DNA of 64,000 nucleotides, taken from IMG/VR virus record IMGVR_UViG_3300031088_000759; one strand, written 5' to 3'. The notes beneath the pieces were generated by a model. It searched no databases and had not been told where the DNA came from. It worked only from the letters and a program-made list of their open reading frames with translations. Both the position numbers and the translations under genes were made by a program. This DNA is from a virus. How positions within the stretch are numbered: position 1 is the first letter of the stretch; each line of letters begins with the position of its first letter. Below are positions 1 through 10,057 of this stretch, in pieces.

Positions 1-301
1 CGGCAAATATAGGGGTAATATTCATTTGGTGTAATCCTCTTTCATAAAAATACAAATTAATAAAAACAAAACCGAAAGTAGAACTTTACCATTATTTATC
101 ATATACATATTGTCAACTTTAAGTGCGAATTCTACTTCATTGGTTTAACTATTGATACTTTATATTAATAAATATAATTTGTCAAATTCAAAAAGAATAT
201 TTTTTCGGTTTAACCTGCTTTTTTGTATAATAATTACATAAATCAATACAATCAATGTAATTAATTCTCCTACAATCAAAGAGTCGGACTGTATTGTACG
301 G

Positions 302-1768
302 TCACTTTTTGAGAAACAATTCATCATCATAAAGATTTATCCACATTGTAAAAGGCAGACCTTCATTCGAATTCGACCAAAAAGCCACAGCAAGAATAAA
401 ACCATATGTAAAAGATATGGAAAGTTCTTCTGAATAATTTAAACCTCTAGAAATTTTAAAAATTTTCCCCATAGAATCTGTCTGATGAAAACGTATAGTT
501 TTAAGTTCTGTAATATGCCCAACTAAATCATCTAAGAACGAAACTACCTCGGAAAACTTATCCATATCATGACCAACCAAATGTGCTACAAGAGAAAGGT
601 CTAATAACTCCACCAAATGAGGATTAACATTATTCAACATTTCGTCGTTCAACTTTTCTTTGCAGTTAGTTTCACCGTCCAACGCACCAAAAGCATCATG
701 AAGCTTTTTATAATACTCAGTGTCGTTTTGAATCTTTCGCCAACCAATCTCAACAGTATCAGAATAAGATGCTTCAACAGCCATATTGCTAAAACAAAGC
801 TTATACATTGAAGCTGGTAAACAAAAAATATTTTGAAGAACAACCTTATTAGGCAAATAACTCTTACTAATGCGTACAAGTTTTTCATTAAAACTATCTC
901 TCGTACTGAAAAACGGCGCAACAGCCAATGAAGATTGTATAATGTAATCTAAATCGAAATAAACTTCATCATTTCTCATACTATAAACCTTGTAACTATC
1001 ATCCGCATCAGTAGGCTCACCAAGAGCAATAATACTCAACAACGTAATATATACTTTTATCTCGGTTGTATAGTTTTTCGAAAATAGATCATTTAAACTA
1101 TCCATATTCTCAGGAATGACAATCAAAGGGAGAACAGAAGTAAAAAAGCTCAGATTCGCCCTGTCTTCAACCGCAACTTTTCTATAATCAAAAGGATTAG
1201 ACAAACTCTTTTTAGTAAAAGTTTCTGAAAGAATGACTTTACTTTTCAGCACATAACTCATAAGAAAGAATTTAAACAAATAATCTCCTGATGAAGACGA
1301 AAGAATATGTGAAATATGTTTCATTCTTATCTCAGAATCCTCTTTTTGATGAAGAAAATCCCCAGAATCCACAACCTTATTGTTTAATAAAATTTTATAA
1401 AAAGATTCATACTTTACAAAAGCATAAATACTTTTAATAAGTTCTTTCTGCTGCTTCTTAGACAACAAGTTAACATAATTCATAGCCCACAAGTTTTTAC
1501 CCGTTAAATGATCATGAATAGAAATTGTTCCATAAAATTTTGACGCTGAGTATTCAACAGACACAATATCTAAGTTTTTTCGTTCTTGATCTGTTGCCTT
1601 CACAACTTCAGAATTATGATCCACTGATATGAGTGGACGCTTTAAATAAAAATCTAAATAATTACCGTCACTAAACAAGCTGAATTCTCTGAACACATCA
1701 TTTAGTTCTTTATTTGATCCTTTATCACCAAATACACCATTCTTATCCTTGTGAAGAATATTAAGCAT
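302..1768 (-). CDS. Hypothetical protein, 488 aa; member of the C-terminal 'PF motif' family
   Basis: Long ORF; ends FWSNSNEGLPFTMWINL; overlaps the nrdI stop by 8 nt. Confidence 0.8.
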   Translation of the reverse strand: MLNILHKDKNGVFGDKGSNKELNDVFREFSLFSDGNYLDFYLKRPLISVDHNSEVVKATDQERKNLDIVSVEYSASKFYGTISIHDHLTGKNLWAMNYVNLLSKKQQKELIKSIYAFVKYESFYKILLNNKVVDSGDFLHQKEDSEIRMKHISHILSSSSGDYLFKFFLMSYVLKSKVILSETFTKKSLSNPFDYRKVAVEDRANLSFFTSVLPLIVIPENMDSLNDLFSKNYTTEIKVYITLLSIIALGEPTDADDSYKVYSMRNDEVYFDLDYIIQSSLAVAPFFSTRDSFNEKLVRISKSYLPNKVVLQNIFCLPASMYKLCFSNMAVEASYSDTVEIGWRKIQNDTEYYKKLHDAFGALDGETNCKEKLNDEMLNNVNPHLVELLDLSLVAHLVGHDMDKFSEVVSFLDDLVGHITELKTIRFHQTDSMGKIFKISRGLNYSEELSISFTYGFILAVAFWSNSNEGLPFTMWINLYDDELFLKK

Positions 1769-2195
1769 TATTTAGCCCTCTCATCTCAAGCAGATTTGCC
1801 CAATGTTGTGAAATTCCATTATGAATGATTTGCTCATCATTCACAGTTCCCATGAGCTCAAAACGATGTAGAATAGGAACATTCAACTTTTCAGAAATCA
1901 CATCCCCAGAAATACAAAAATCAACCCCGAAATTAACATTACCCGCAGCTACTACTCCAACAGTATACTTACGATTCTGCTCATCATTGAGAAAGTTGAT
2001 GACTTGTCTCGGAACAGCACCAGTATTAGCCCCACCTTTATAAGTAGGAGTAATTAAGATATGCGGATAATCAACCTTCAATAAATCACCTTTTATCTTC
2101 AGTCCAATACGCTCAGAAGGGTAGCCTAATTTATCTACAAAACGTTTAGTATTCTCTGTTACTGAACTAAAAAACACAATCCTCGGTTCAAACAT
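1761..2195 (-). CDS. nrdI: Class Ib ribonucleotide reductase flavodoxin NrdI
   Basis: FFSSVTENTKRFVDKLG, LITPTYKGG, VPRQVINFLN, GVVAAGNVNFGVDFCISGDVISEKLNVPILHRFELMGT are characteristic NrdI segments. Confidence 0.92.
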   Translation of the reverse strand: MFEPRIVFFSSVTENTKRFVDKLGYPSERIGLKIKGDLLKVDYPHILITPTYKGGANTGAVPRQVINFLNDEQNRKYTVGVVAAGNVNFGVDFCISGDVISEKLNVPILHRFELMGTVNDEQIIHNGISQHWANLLEMRGLNNA

Positions 2196-2253
2196 CTTAC
2201 ACTCCTAAAACTCACAACAATCAACACCATTATATCTTATAATACCGACTATT

Positions 2254-2937
2254 TCAACCTTCAATATTTTTGTATAACTGAAAAGGTATATAACCCTCCT
2301 GATCACAAAAATCTTTCCATTTTAATGCTGTTCCTAGAATCTCAGAAGAAACATTTCGAAAAAGACTATCCGAAACATTATTATCCTCATCAACGAATTT
2401 TTCATGAGGATATTCTTTAAATATTTTACTCAAACTTCGAGAATCTAAACCATGAAAAGAATCGAATCTTTCATTCATCTTCTTGGTGAAAACTTGTTTA
2501 GGGTTATACCCGTATTCATTATAGTTCATTTCATGATTTATATAATTTGAAAAAACTTCTGGTGCAATAGCAATATATTCCAGACAAGTCCTATCTAGTA
2601 TGCTTCTATACTTCCCATTAATCTGTTCATCATAGATAAAGTTTTCTATTATGTCCTCATATGACCCTACGCTTCTCCCATCTTTCAGCGCATGAGTTTC
2701 AACATATTTGACAGTCTCATGATACTGACTAAAACTATGACGATTAAAAACATGCATTGCTATCTCCATTACAGAATAGTCATCATAATCAATGTTTTTC
2801 ACTGTATCTAAGAACGTTGAAGATAACTCGCTTTCAAACAACCACACGTAAATCGAGATAGAAGCTTTCGTCTTTTTAGATTTTCTGTTCTGTTTCTGAT
2901 ACGCTACTTGATTTGTGTTAATCACTGAACTGGTCAT
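2254..2937 (-). CDS. Hypothetical protein, 227 aa; C-terminal 'PF motif' family
   Basis: ORF with AAGG SD; ends WKDFCDQEGYIPFQLYKNIEG. Confidence 0.8.
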   Translation of the reverse strand: MTSSVINTNQVAYQKQNRKSKKTKASISIYVWLFESELSSTFLDTVKNIDYDDYSVMEIAMHVFNRHSFSQYHETVKYVETHALKDGRSVGSYEDIIENFIYDEQINGKYRSILDRTCLEYIAIAPEVFSNYINHEMNYNEYGYNPKQVFTKKMNERFDSFHGLDSRSLSKIFKEYPHEKFVDEDNNVSDSLFRNVSSEILGTALKWKDFCDQEGYIPFQLYKNIEG

Positions 2938-2947
2938 TGTGATACCT

Positions 2948-4135
2948 TCAACCTTCGATTATATTTTTGTATAAAGACCATGGAACACTGCTATAATCAA
3001 CAACCCACTCACGAATGTTTTTATAGAACTCTTCATCAGCTATTAAATGATACTGGAACGTATCATCTGCGTCAGATATGTAATCATATACTTCATAAAA
3101 TTTCGCAATATCGTTCTCTAATAGTGCAAAAATAAAAATATAAAAATGTTGCTCATCGGTCATACTGTTAGTAGACATATTTTTAGAAAATTCTTTTTTG
3201 AACAGCTCAACATCTACCCTGCTAAGAAAAATACCCCAATTTTCTTTAAAAACCTGAAGAGTATAAACTTTTTCATCTTTTTCATTCTCAGATTGGAATC
3301 TTTCACAATTAACAATTTCGGCAAATGTTAAAAATTCTAGAGCACTAATTTTTTCAATGCCTTCAATCATTTTCTTCTTAGTCTCTACTTCTTCAACTGT
3401 GTCATCAATATGATAGTTTCTAGGGTCATCTATACCAAAATAAGGCTTTTCCATGAAGTATTGATATGTTTCGCTCACAAGCTCCTGGTCTATGTCGTGA
3501 AAGTCAGTGTTTTCATTACATTCTAGATAATCACGATTCAATGATTCACCAAAAGTAGTAAACATATTTCTATCACTCAACCAGTTATAGAATCTATGCT
3601 GATTAATAAAAGCATCTTCAGAAGCAACATCTTCTTTTTCAAAATAATATTCATGAGAAGGTGAAACAAGCTGAAACAAATTTTTGTCCTTTTTGATCTC
3701 TCGAGAAAAGTTCTTGAACAGATCATCAATAACCTGAATTGACAAAAAGTTTTTAACAACACTATTAAGAATGAACAAGAGCGCTTTAAGTCTATGCTTG
3801 TTTGTATCATAATGAAGAATATATTTTGCCTGTGTGAGCTTAACGGGATCAAGACCTACCCCATCTTTACAATCACGCAACAAAAATTCCCATGATTCTT
3901 CAAAAAAGTAAAATTCTTCTTCAACTAATTTTGACAAAATACGTTGCTCTTCTTCAGTCAAAACCGAAGATGAAGAATCATAAAAGTAAGGATGTTGAGT
4001 GCTATAATCTTTAAAAGTAGCATTTCTAGTATAAGCACGTTGATTTGTTAAAAGTTTTGAATAATCAACAGCCTTGTACAATGGATTTAGACTGGAAGTA
4101 TCCATGTAAACAGCATCATAGTTAACATTAATCAT
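2948..4135 (-). CDS. Hypothetical protein, 395 aa; C-terminal 'PF motif' family
   Basis: ORF with GAGG SD; ends EWVVDYSSVPWSLYKNIIEG. Confidence 0.8.
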   Translation of the reverse strand: MINVNYDAVYMDTSSLNPLYKAVDYSKLLTNQRAYTRNATFKDYSTQHPYFYDSSSSVLTEEEQRILSKLVEEEFYFFEESWEFLLRDCKDGVGLDPVKLTQAKYILHYDTNKHRLKALLFILNSVVKNFLSIQVIDDLFKNFSREIKKDKNLFQLVSPSHEYYFEKEDVASEDAFINQHRFYNWLSDRNMFTTFGESLNRDYLECNENTDFHDIDQELVSETYQYFMEKPYFGIDDPRNYHIDDTVEEVETKKKMIEGIEKISALEFLTFAEIVNCERFQSENEKDEKVYTLQVFKENWGIFLSRVDVELFKKEFSKNMSTNSMTDEQHFYIFIFALLENDIAKFYEVYDYISDADDTFQYHLIADEEFYKNIREWVVDYSSVPWSLYKNIIEG

Positions 4136-4385
4136 TTAGAACCTCATTAAAAACATAATATATTTATGAATCACTGTATCATATATTTGAAAAATAGTCA
4201 ATATTCAAGCCACTATTCAAAATTATTTAAAACAAGACTTTGAGAAAATTTTTAAACTACCTATTCGCTAAAAAATGTACACTTGAGACAGTTATTGAAT
4301 ACTCTATGCTGTTTTATGTTTAAACTTTGAGAGCAATTTTAAGAATCAGTTTTTCTTGAAACAGTATCAGGTGTCAAAACAATAA

Positions 4386-4480
4386 GTTTTTGAAATTCTT
4401 CTTAAAAACACAAAAATATACCCCAAATACTTACGGTTATTTCAACGGTATTTAGGGTATATTTTCTAAGCGTTTTCCAG
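4386..4480 (-). repeat. Conserved intergenic hairpin element, copy 1 (terminator-like on minus strand)
   Basis: 18-bp stem 4413-4430/4448-4465 with one G.U pair on the minus strand, 17-nt loop; flanks gtttttgaaattctt and ctaagcgttttccag resemble those of the other copies. Confidence 0.65.
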
Positions 4481-4532
4481 TGTTTAAAAATATCGCAATT
4501 ATTACTCAAAATACTATGAACTTATTAAGAAC

Positions 4533-6362
4533 CTATAAAGAAGATTCATACTCAGATGCAGTTAAACATTCTCGAATAGTGTCTTTAATAGATTCCTGAT
4601 CCTCCAGCCAATCATCCTCCCAGATATGAACCAGCTTAATTCCCACTTGTTCACACATAATAGTTTTGAACATTTCAGGGCTGTCAAAACTATTCTTATC
4701 CAAATCATTTATATACCGAGTCTTATCGTGCCAATAAATTCCATTATATTCAAATGCTATATTTAAAGAAGGCACATATATATCTAATTCTTTTGGAGCT
4801 ATAACAGAACGATCATTGCGAATTACTTTGTCTACTCCCATCAAAGATTCTACAAAATCAGCAAGAATTCTTTCCTCAGTAGAGGCAAAACCATTCCAAC
4901 ATTTATGGCAAAGTTTTTTCTTAGCGTTAGGCGAAAGAAAATAAGAATGCCCTTTTTGGCACTTCCACCAAACTTTTAACGAAGACTTGCCCGCAATTTT
5001 AGTAGGATCCAGCTCAATTCCTTCAAGAGCATTCTTCTCATAGTCCCATTGTGCAACAAGCTCTGGTCGAATAGTTGCTAAATCATTTAAACCCGTCAAG
5101 ACTTCTCTGTTAGCACAATAAGGACATCCAACGCCATTTTTTCCAGTTCGAGTTATCAGCACAGTTGCCCAAGAATGTTTAGATTTTTGGCATATCCACC
5201 AAACTCTTTGCTCACTGCTCACACCAAACTTAGTCGGATCAACACCTAAAGCATTGTTCTTCTCATAATCCCATTCCTTTATCAAATCTGGTCGAACAGT
5301 AGCAAGATCGTTAAAACCAGCAAGAATACTCATACCTGAACAGTAAGGACAATTAGTTGGCTTATTTCCAGTTCTTGTATGAATTACTGCTTCCCACTCA
5401 TGCCCTTTTCTACATTTCCAAAAAGCCCTCAATCCTGACCGAGCTGTTAAATCATCAAAAACTAACCCTCTGTTCTTATTCTTCTCATAATCCCACTCGT
5501 TTCTTAACTCAGGATACTTTTCAGCTAAACCATTCTTACACAAAAGACAACCTGATTTAATTCGGGTTTTTATCATAGTTTTTCTCGAATGACCTTTTTC
5601 ACAAATCCACCAAAAACTCTCAGTTGAATACATTGAATAATTTTTTGGATCAAGATCTTTATTTTTCACATAATCCCATTGTTCTAACAAATTACTATGG
5701 GTTGTAGCAAAATCATTCACTCCATTAAGTACTCTACCATAACAAATACCACATCCTTGAATCATAGACCTAACTTTAGGAGACATCATTTTGCTATGTC
5801 CTTCTTCGCAGATCCACCAAACTTTTTTGTTAGAACCATAAACAACTTCAGATGGAAGTTTACCATTGTTTTTCATATAATCCCAAGTTAGAGATTGCTC
5901 AGGAAATTTAGTTTCGAAGTCATTAAAACCTTTTAGAACACGATGACCAGCACAATAAGGACAACGTTTGCCTCTTCTGATGTTCACCGGAGACATTTTC
6001 CATTCATGTCCGCATTCACCAAGCCACCAATAGTTTTTCTCGGTACCAGGCATAACTTGAGAAGGTAGAACACCATTATTCAGAGTAGGATGCCATAACT
6101 CAACAATTTCGGGAAATCGAAACGCTAAATCATTAAAACCAGCAAGAACTTTTTGATTAGAACAATAATGACACCCTGCACCTTTTATTCTTCGGTGAGG
6201 TTCAGTAAGCCAACTATGACCATATTGTTCGCATTTCCACCAGAACTTCTTATTCATACCTTTGGTAACTAAACGAGGATCAATTTCATTCTTCTCATAA
6301 TCCCATTCATTCAAAAGGTGAGGGGAAACAACAGCAATGCTATTTTCAGACAGTTCAATCAA
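4533..6362 (-). CDS. Zinc-ribbon (DUF4379-like) repeat protein with C-terminal PD-(D/E)xK/Vsr-like endonuclease domain; putative free-standing homing endonuclease
   Basis: 7 repeats of the type EWDYEKN...WWxCxxGH...CPYC...GFNDL; C-terminal ELDIYVPSLNIAFEYNGIYWH and LVHIWEDDW; TTG start. Confidence 0.75.
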   Translation of the reverse strand: MIELSENSIAVVSPHLLNEWDYEKNEIDPRLVTKGMNKKFWWKCEQYGHSWLTEPHRRIKGAGCHYCSNQKVLAGFNDLAFRFPEIVELWHPTLNNGVLPSQVMPGTEKNYWWLGECGHEWKMSPVNIRRGKRCPYCAGHRVLKGFNDFETKFPEQSLTWDYMKNNGKLPSEVVYGSNKKVWWICEEGHSKMMSPKVRSMIQGCGICYGRVLNGVNDFATTHSNLLEQWDYVKNKDLDPKNYSMYSTESFWWICEKGHSRKTMIKTRIKSGCLLCKNGLAEKYPELRNEWDYEKNKNRGLVFDDLTARSGLRAFWKCRKGHEWEAVIHTRTGNKPTNCPYCSGMSILAGFNDLATVRPDLIKEWDYEKNNALGVDPTKFGVSSEQRVWWICQKSKHSWATVLITRTGKNGVGCPYCANREVLTGLNDLATIRPELVAQWDYEKNALEGIELDPTKIAGKSSLKVWWKCQKGHSYFLSPNAKKKLCHKCWNGFASTEERILADFVESLMGVDKVIRNDRSVIAPKELDIYVPSLNIAFEYNGIYWHDKTRYINDLDKNSFDSPEMFKTIMCEQVGIKLVHIWEDDWLEDQESIKDTIRECLTASEYESSL

Positions 6363-6437
6363 AATCCCACCAACTAACGTTTTAGGTATTTAAACATTTC
6401 TTAATTTAACAACATTTTATCAAATTTAAGAGCTAAA

Positions 6438-6473
6438 AAGAGTGCCCACTACTCAAACATAGTGGGCACTCTT
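6438..6473 (-). terminator. Intrinsic terminator-like hairpin
   Basis: Perfect 14-bp IR aagagtgcccacta/tagtgggcactctt just downstream of the M50 gene. Confidence 0.7.
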
Positions 6474-6490
6474 AACAAATGGTATGAAAA

Positions 6491-7717
6491 TCAAATTTGA
6501 CCACGAATAATATTGACTACATCACTGACCATCAATAATCCCATCAAAGCAAAAATCATCAAACCCGTAGTTGCTGTCATTGCTGTAACTTCCCAAACCC
6601 CAACAGGTCTGTATTCTTTACGGAAGATACGAGCAAACCATATTTTGAATTGATCAATAATTGCTATCAAGATTCTACCTCCATCGAGCGGTAGAACAAA
6701 AACTAGGTTAAGCAATCCCAAAGCTAGGTTTATGAGCGCACTGTATGTCAAAAGTATTTGTATTTTACTTTTTGCGGGTAATTCCATATCAGCCGAAGTG
6801 TCTCCATAACTTTTACCAGCATAAACTAATGAAGATGGTGCTTCTGGGTCTCTCTCTCCACCAACAAAAGTTTGTTCAGCAACAGCAGGTATCTTAGCTG
6901 GCAGTTCACTCAAAGCAATCAAGTTCTGTACGAAAACTTCTTGAATAGTGTCAGTAGATTCAGCAAAAGTCAAAGATCGAATCTCTGGTGTAAGATTAAT
7001 TCCAAGAAAACCATTTACTACACCTGATTCAACATTGATTTCTTCGCTACCACGTTGAATTGTCAAACTTACCTCATCTTTACCTACTAAATAAGGTGAA
7101 AGATTTTCTGTCATTTTTACAGCGTTTCCGTCAATTGCTGTAATGGTATCCCCCGGTTGTAAACCAGCTTTTTCAGCTTCACAAGATTGACCTTCACTAA
7201 TTGTTGAACAAGAGTTCACTGTTTCCACAGTATTGTTCACTACCATAGTATTGAATCCCATGAGAACACCGTATATAAGAGCTGTTCCAAGAACAATATT
7301 CACAGCAGGACCAGCAAGGTATACGAGAATTCTCTTCCAAGGCTCTACGTGAGATAATAATCCTTTCTCAGCTGTGTAATTTTCCATTCTTTTCTTTAAT
7401 TCTTTTTTAGCTTTTTTACGTTCTTCATCAGATAATGTTTCGTCATTTACTTTGTTCTCCAAATCAGAAACATCAGGTTTAGCAACGTTTTTATCTTCAA
7501 TTTGAACAAAACCCCCTAACGGCAGCATTTTTATGCCGTATTCCGTTTTATCAGTTTTGAAGCTCCATAATGTTTTACCGAAGCCTATGAAAAATTTCGG
7601 TACATTTAATTTGAAGATTTTGGCAACCGCCATATGACCGCCCTCGTGTAAGGCGACACTAGTCATAAGCATCAGGAGGAATAACAAAATTCCCAAAATA
7701 AAAAGTAAAACTGTCAT
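6491..7717 (-). CDS. Site-2 (M50) intramembrane metalloprotease with PDZ domain, RseP/Rip1-like
   Basis: N-terminal TM with ALHEGGH (HExxH), FFIGFG and LPLGGFV beta-loop, AGPAVN, PDZ segment AEKAGLQPGDTITAIDG, LGLLNLVFVLPLDGGRI. Confidence 0.88.
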   Translation of the reverse strand: MTVLLFILGILLFLLMLMTSVALHEGGHMAVAKIFKLNVPKFFIGFGKTLWSFKTDKTEYGIKMLPLGGFVQIEDKNVAKPDVSDLENKVNDETLSDEERKKAKKELKKRMENYTAEKGLLSHVEPWKRILVYLAGPAVNIVLGTALIYGVLMGFNTMVVNNTVETVNSCSTISEGQSCEAEKAGLQPGDTITAIDGNAVKMTENLSPYLVGKDEVSLTIQRGSEEINVESGVVNGFLGINLTPEIRSLTFAESTDTIQEVFVQNLIALSELPAKIPAVAEQTFVGGERDPEAPSSLVYAGKSYGDTSADMELPAKSKIQILLTYSALINLALGLLNLVFVLPLDGGRILIAIIDQFKIWFARIFRKEYRPVGVWEVTAMTATTGLMIFALMGLLMVSDVVNIIRGQI

Positions 7718-7730
7718 AATTGTTAATCTC

Positions 7731-9983
7731 CTATAAATTTTTCTTATACATGGTTCTACTACACTGCCATATCTTATTTATATCTACTGTATCAATATCT
7801 TTATGTTTTCTCAAAAAAGAATTCTGATCCCAGACTTTGCTCTTATAGAAAATTTTAAAGTCTGGTTCAAGCTCTTTTTCAGCTTTAAAATCATTATCTA
7901 AGCATAAAAAATTCATAAAAGAATCTTTTTCAGCAACTATGTCCAGCGTCTCTACCTGAGGAAAAATAAGATTGATTGAATCTAATATCTTTGAGAAAGA
8001 GTCGAACATGTATGAGTCATAGTAAAACTGTTCAAGCTGGAAACCGTTATCTTCTTTAATGGAGAAGAAAGACATTAAATTGTTGTCAAAAAATAACCCC
8101 ATATTATAGTTTTTCAAAGAAATGTTTAATTTTTCTCCGGTGCGCTTCTGAAAATTTTCGATATCTTCAATTTTTAGCTCTCTGATTGAATATGGTTCCA
8201 GAATTCGAGGTTTAGTGGGAGACAAAATTTCTGAAATAGAAGCTTTGATTTTATTTTTTTGTGAATCAGTAGTCCAGTTATACTCCCAAATAGTGATTAA
8301 CTGTATATTTTTATCCTGACATTGTTTCCATTTGTCTTGATGGTAATTTTTTGTTTTACCTGATTTTTCGCTGTGCCAGTATAAGCCGTTAAATTCTATA
8401 GCTATGTTTTTATCCGGTATATAAATGTCAATCTCTTTTGGTGCTATTATATCTCTGTCATTACATTTTATTTCGTGAGAAGAGATTTTGCTAAGATATT
8501 CAAGAATTTCTTGTTCAGCTTTTGAGCTTTTGTTTTTAAAAGCACATTTGCTACATCCTCGTGGCTTTTTGCCTGTTCTTGAGTATATTGCTGCTTGCCA
8601 TTCATGTCCAAGATCACAAATCCACCATGCTTTGTACTGGGATCCATAACTAAATTCAGATATATCTTTATTGTTTCTTGTGTTCCACTCTTTTTCTAAT
8701 TCAGGATTCGTTGTTAAAAGATCATTAAATCCTTTCAAAGTTTTTCTGCCTGTACAATAAGGGCATTTTTCTCCGTGAGAACGAGTATCAGGAGCTGCTT
8801 GCCAAGAATGGTTATTTTCTTTACATCTCCACCAAAATTTAGTTTTAGTTCTTTTGGCAACTGTTGATGGTTTAACCGTGTTCTTATTGTAATCCCATTC
8901 GGATATGATGTCCTTTCGTTGTGAAAAAAGATCGTTAAATCCTTCTAAAACCTTTTGATTAGCGCAATAGGGGCATCCTCTTTTGTAATTAGTTCTTTTC
9001 CTTATTTGAGAATTATAAGAATGCCCCAGAATACATAACCACCAAACTTTTATTGTAGAACCACTAACTATGTTATCAGGAGTTAAAGTATTCTTACTAT
9101 AATCCCACTCTGATGCTATATGGGGATGTGTGGTACTCAGATCGTTGAAGCCCACTTGAACTTTTTTGTTAGAGCAAATTGCACAACCTTTATTCATGAT
9201 TTTAGTATTAAACTCTGTTCTGTAAGAATGATTATTAGAACATTTCCACCATGCTTGATCAAAATTGCGTGGAAAATATTCAGAAGCAGAAATTCCATTT
9301 TTATCTTCATCAAATTCTTTAGCTAATTCAGGATAAACAGTTGCTAAATCATTAAAACCTTTTAAAAATTTAAGATTCGCACAATAAGGACAATTCTTTT
9401 CTTTGAAATTTTTACTAATTCTTTCGCTCCACTCATGACCTAAACCGCATTCCCATAATATAATATTTTTCGTACTGTACAAAATTTTATTTGATGTGAT
9501 TTCGTGGTTTTTTGAAACTTGTTGAGCTATCTTGGGGTATTTCGTTTTTAAATCATTGAACCCCTCTAAAAGTTTTTCACCTGAACAATAGCAACATTTT
9601 GAACCGTTCTGACGATCTTTCACAGTAGCTTTATATTCATGATTTTTATCGCATTGCCAAATCAATATTTTATTGCTCATTGAGGAAACCTCATATGGTT
9701 TTAACTCAGAAGCTTCACTAACCTCATTTGCTAAATCAGGATGCAAAGTTTCTAAATCATTAAAACCTTGTAGAATTTTTCTACCAGAACAGTAAGGACA
9801 ATTGTATTGCCTTAATGTTTTGTGCTTGACCATAGAGCTATAACTATGTTTATATTCTAGACATATCCACCATACTATTTTGCTTGAACCATAAGAATAT
9901 TCTGAAATGTGTTTCGCATTCTTCTCAAAATCCCACTCCTCAATCAAATTAGCATACCAAAGTTCTTCATTCATACAGGCCAC
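7731..9983 (-). CDS. Zinc-ribbon (DUF4379-like) repeat endonuclease, 750 aa, with degenerate C-terminal extension
   Basis: 7 Zn-ribbon repeats; EIDIYIPDKNIAIEFNGLYWHS and LITIWEYNW nuclease segment. Confidence 0.75.
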   Translation of the reverse strand: MACMNEELWYANLIEEWDFEKNAKHISEYSYGSSKIVWWICLEYKHSYSSMVKHKTLRQYNCPYCSGRKILQGFNDLETLHPDLANEVSEASELKPYEVSSMSNKILIWQCDKNHEYKATVKDRQNGSKCCYCSGEKLLEGFNDLKTKYPKIAQQVSKNHEITSNKILYSTKNIILWECGLGHEWSERISKNFKEKNCPYCANLKFLKGFNDLATVYPELAKEFDEDKNGISASEYFPRNFDQAWWKCSNNHSYRTEFNTKIMNKGCAICSNKKVQVGFNDLSTTHPHIASEWDYSKNTLTPDNIVSGSTIKVWWLCILGHSYNSQIRKRTNYKRGCPYCANQKVLEGFNDLFSQRKDIISEWDYNKNTVKPSTVAKRTKTKFWWRCKENNHSWQAAPDTRSHGEKCPYCTGRKTLKGFNDLLTTNPELEKEWNTRNNKDISEFSYGSQYKAWWICDLGHEWQAAIYSRTGKKPRGCSKCAFKNKSSKAEQEILEYLSKISSHEIKCNDRDIIAPKEIDIYIPDKNIAIEFNGLYWHSEKSGKTKNYHQDKWKQCQDKNIQLITIWEYNWTTDSQKNKIKASISEILSPTKPRILEPYSIRELKIEDIENFQKRTGEKLNISLKNYNMGLFFDNNLMSFFSIKEDNGFQLEQFYYDSYMFDSFSKILDSINLIFPQVETLDIVAEKDSFMNFLCLDNDFKAEKELEPDFKIFYKSKVWDQNSFLRKHKDIDTVDINKIWQCSRTMYKKNL

Positions 9984-10057
9984 CTAATCAAAGACATTTA
10001 AAATATTTTATCAATGAAAACAAATGAAATCTTCCGTAAAACTTTTAGACAAAATTT

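Noticed and set aside
337-345. Single perfect TTATCCACA boxes here and near 10400 and 56985
   Set aside because: Isolated and inside coding sequence, so expected by chance.
4533-9983. Recurrent gctaaatcattaaaacc-like DNA repeats about 200 nt apart, suggesting a CRISPR array
   Set aside because: They are the GFNDL codons of in-frame protein repeats, are degenerate, and the spacing is far longer than CRISPR spacers; no cas genes are seen.
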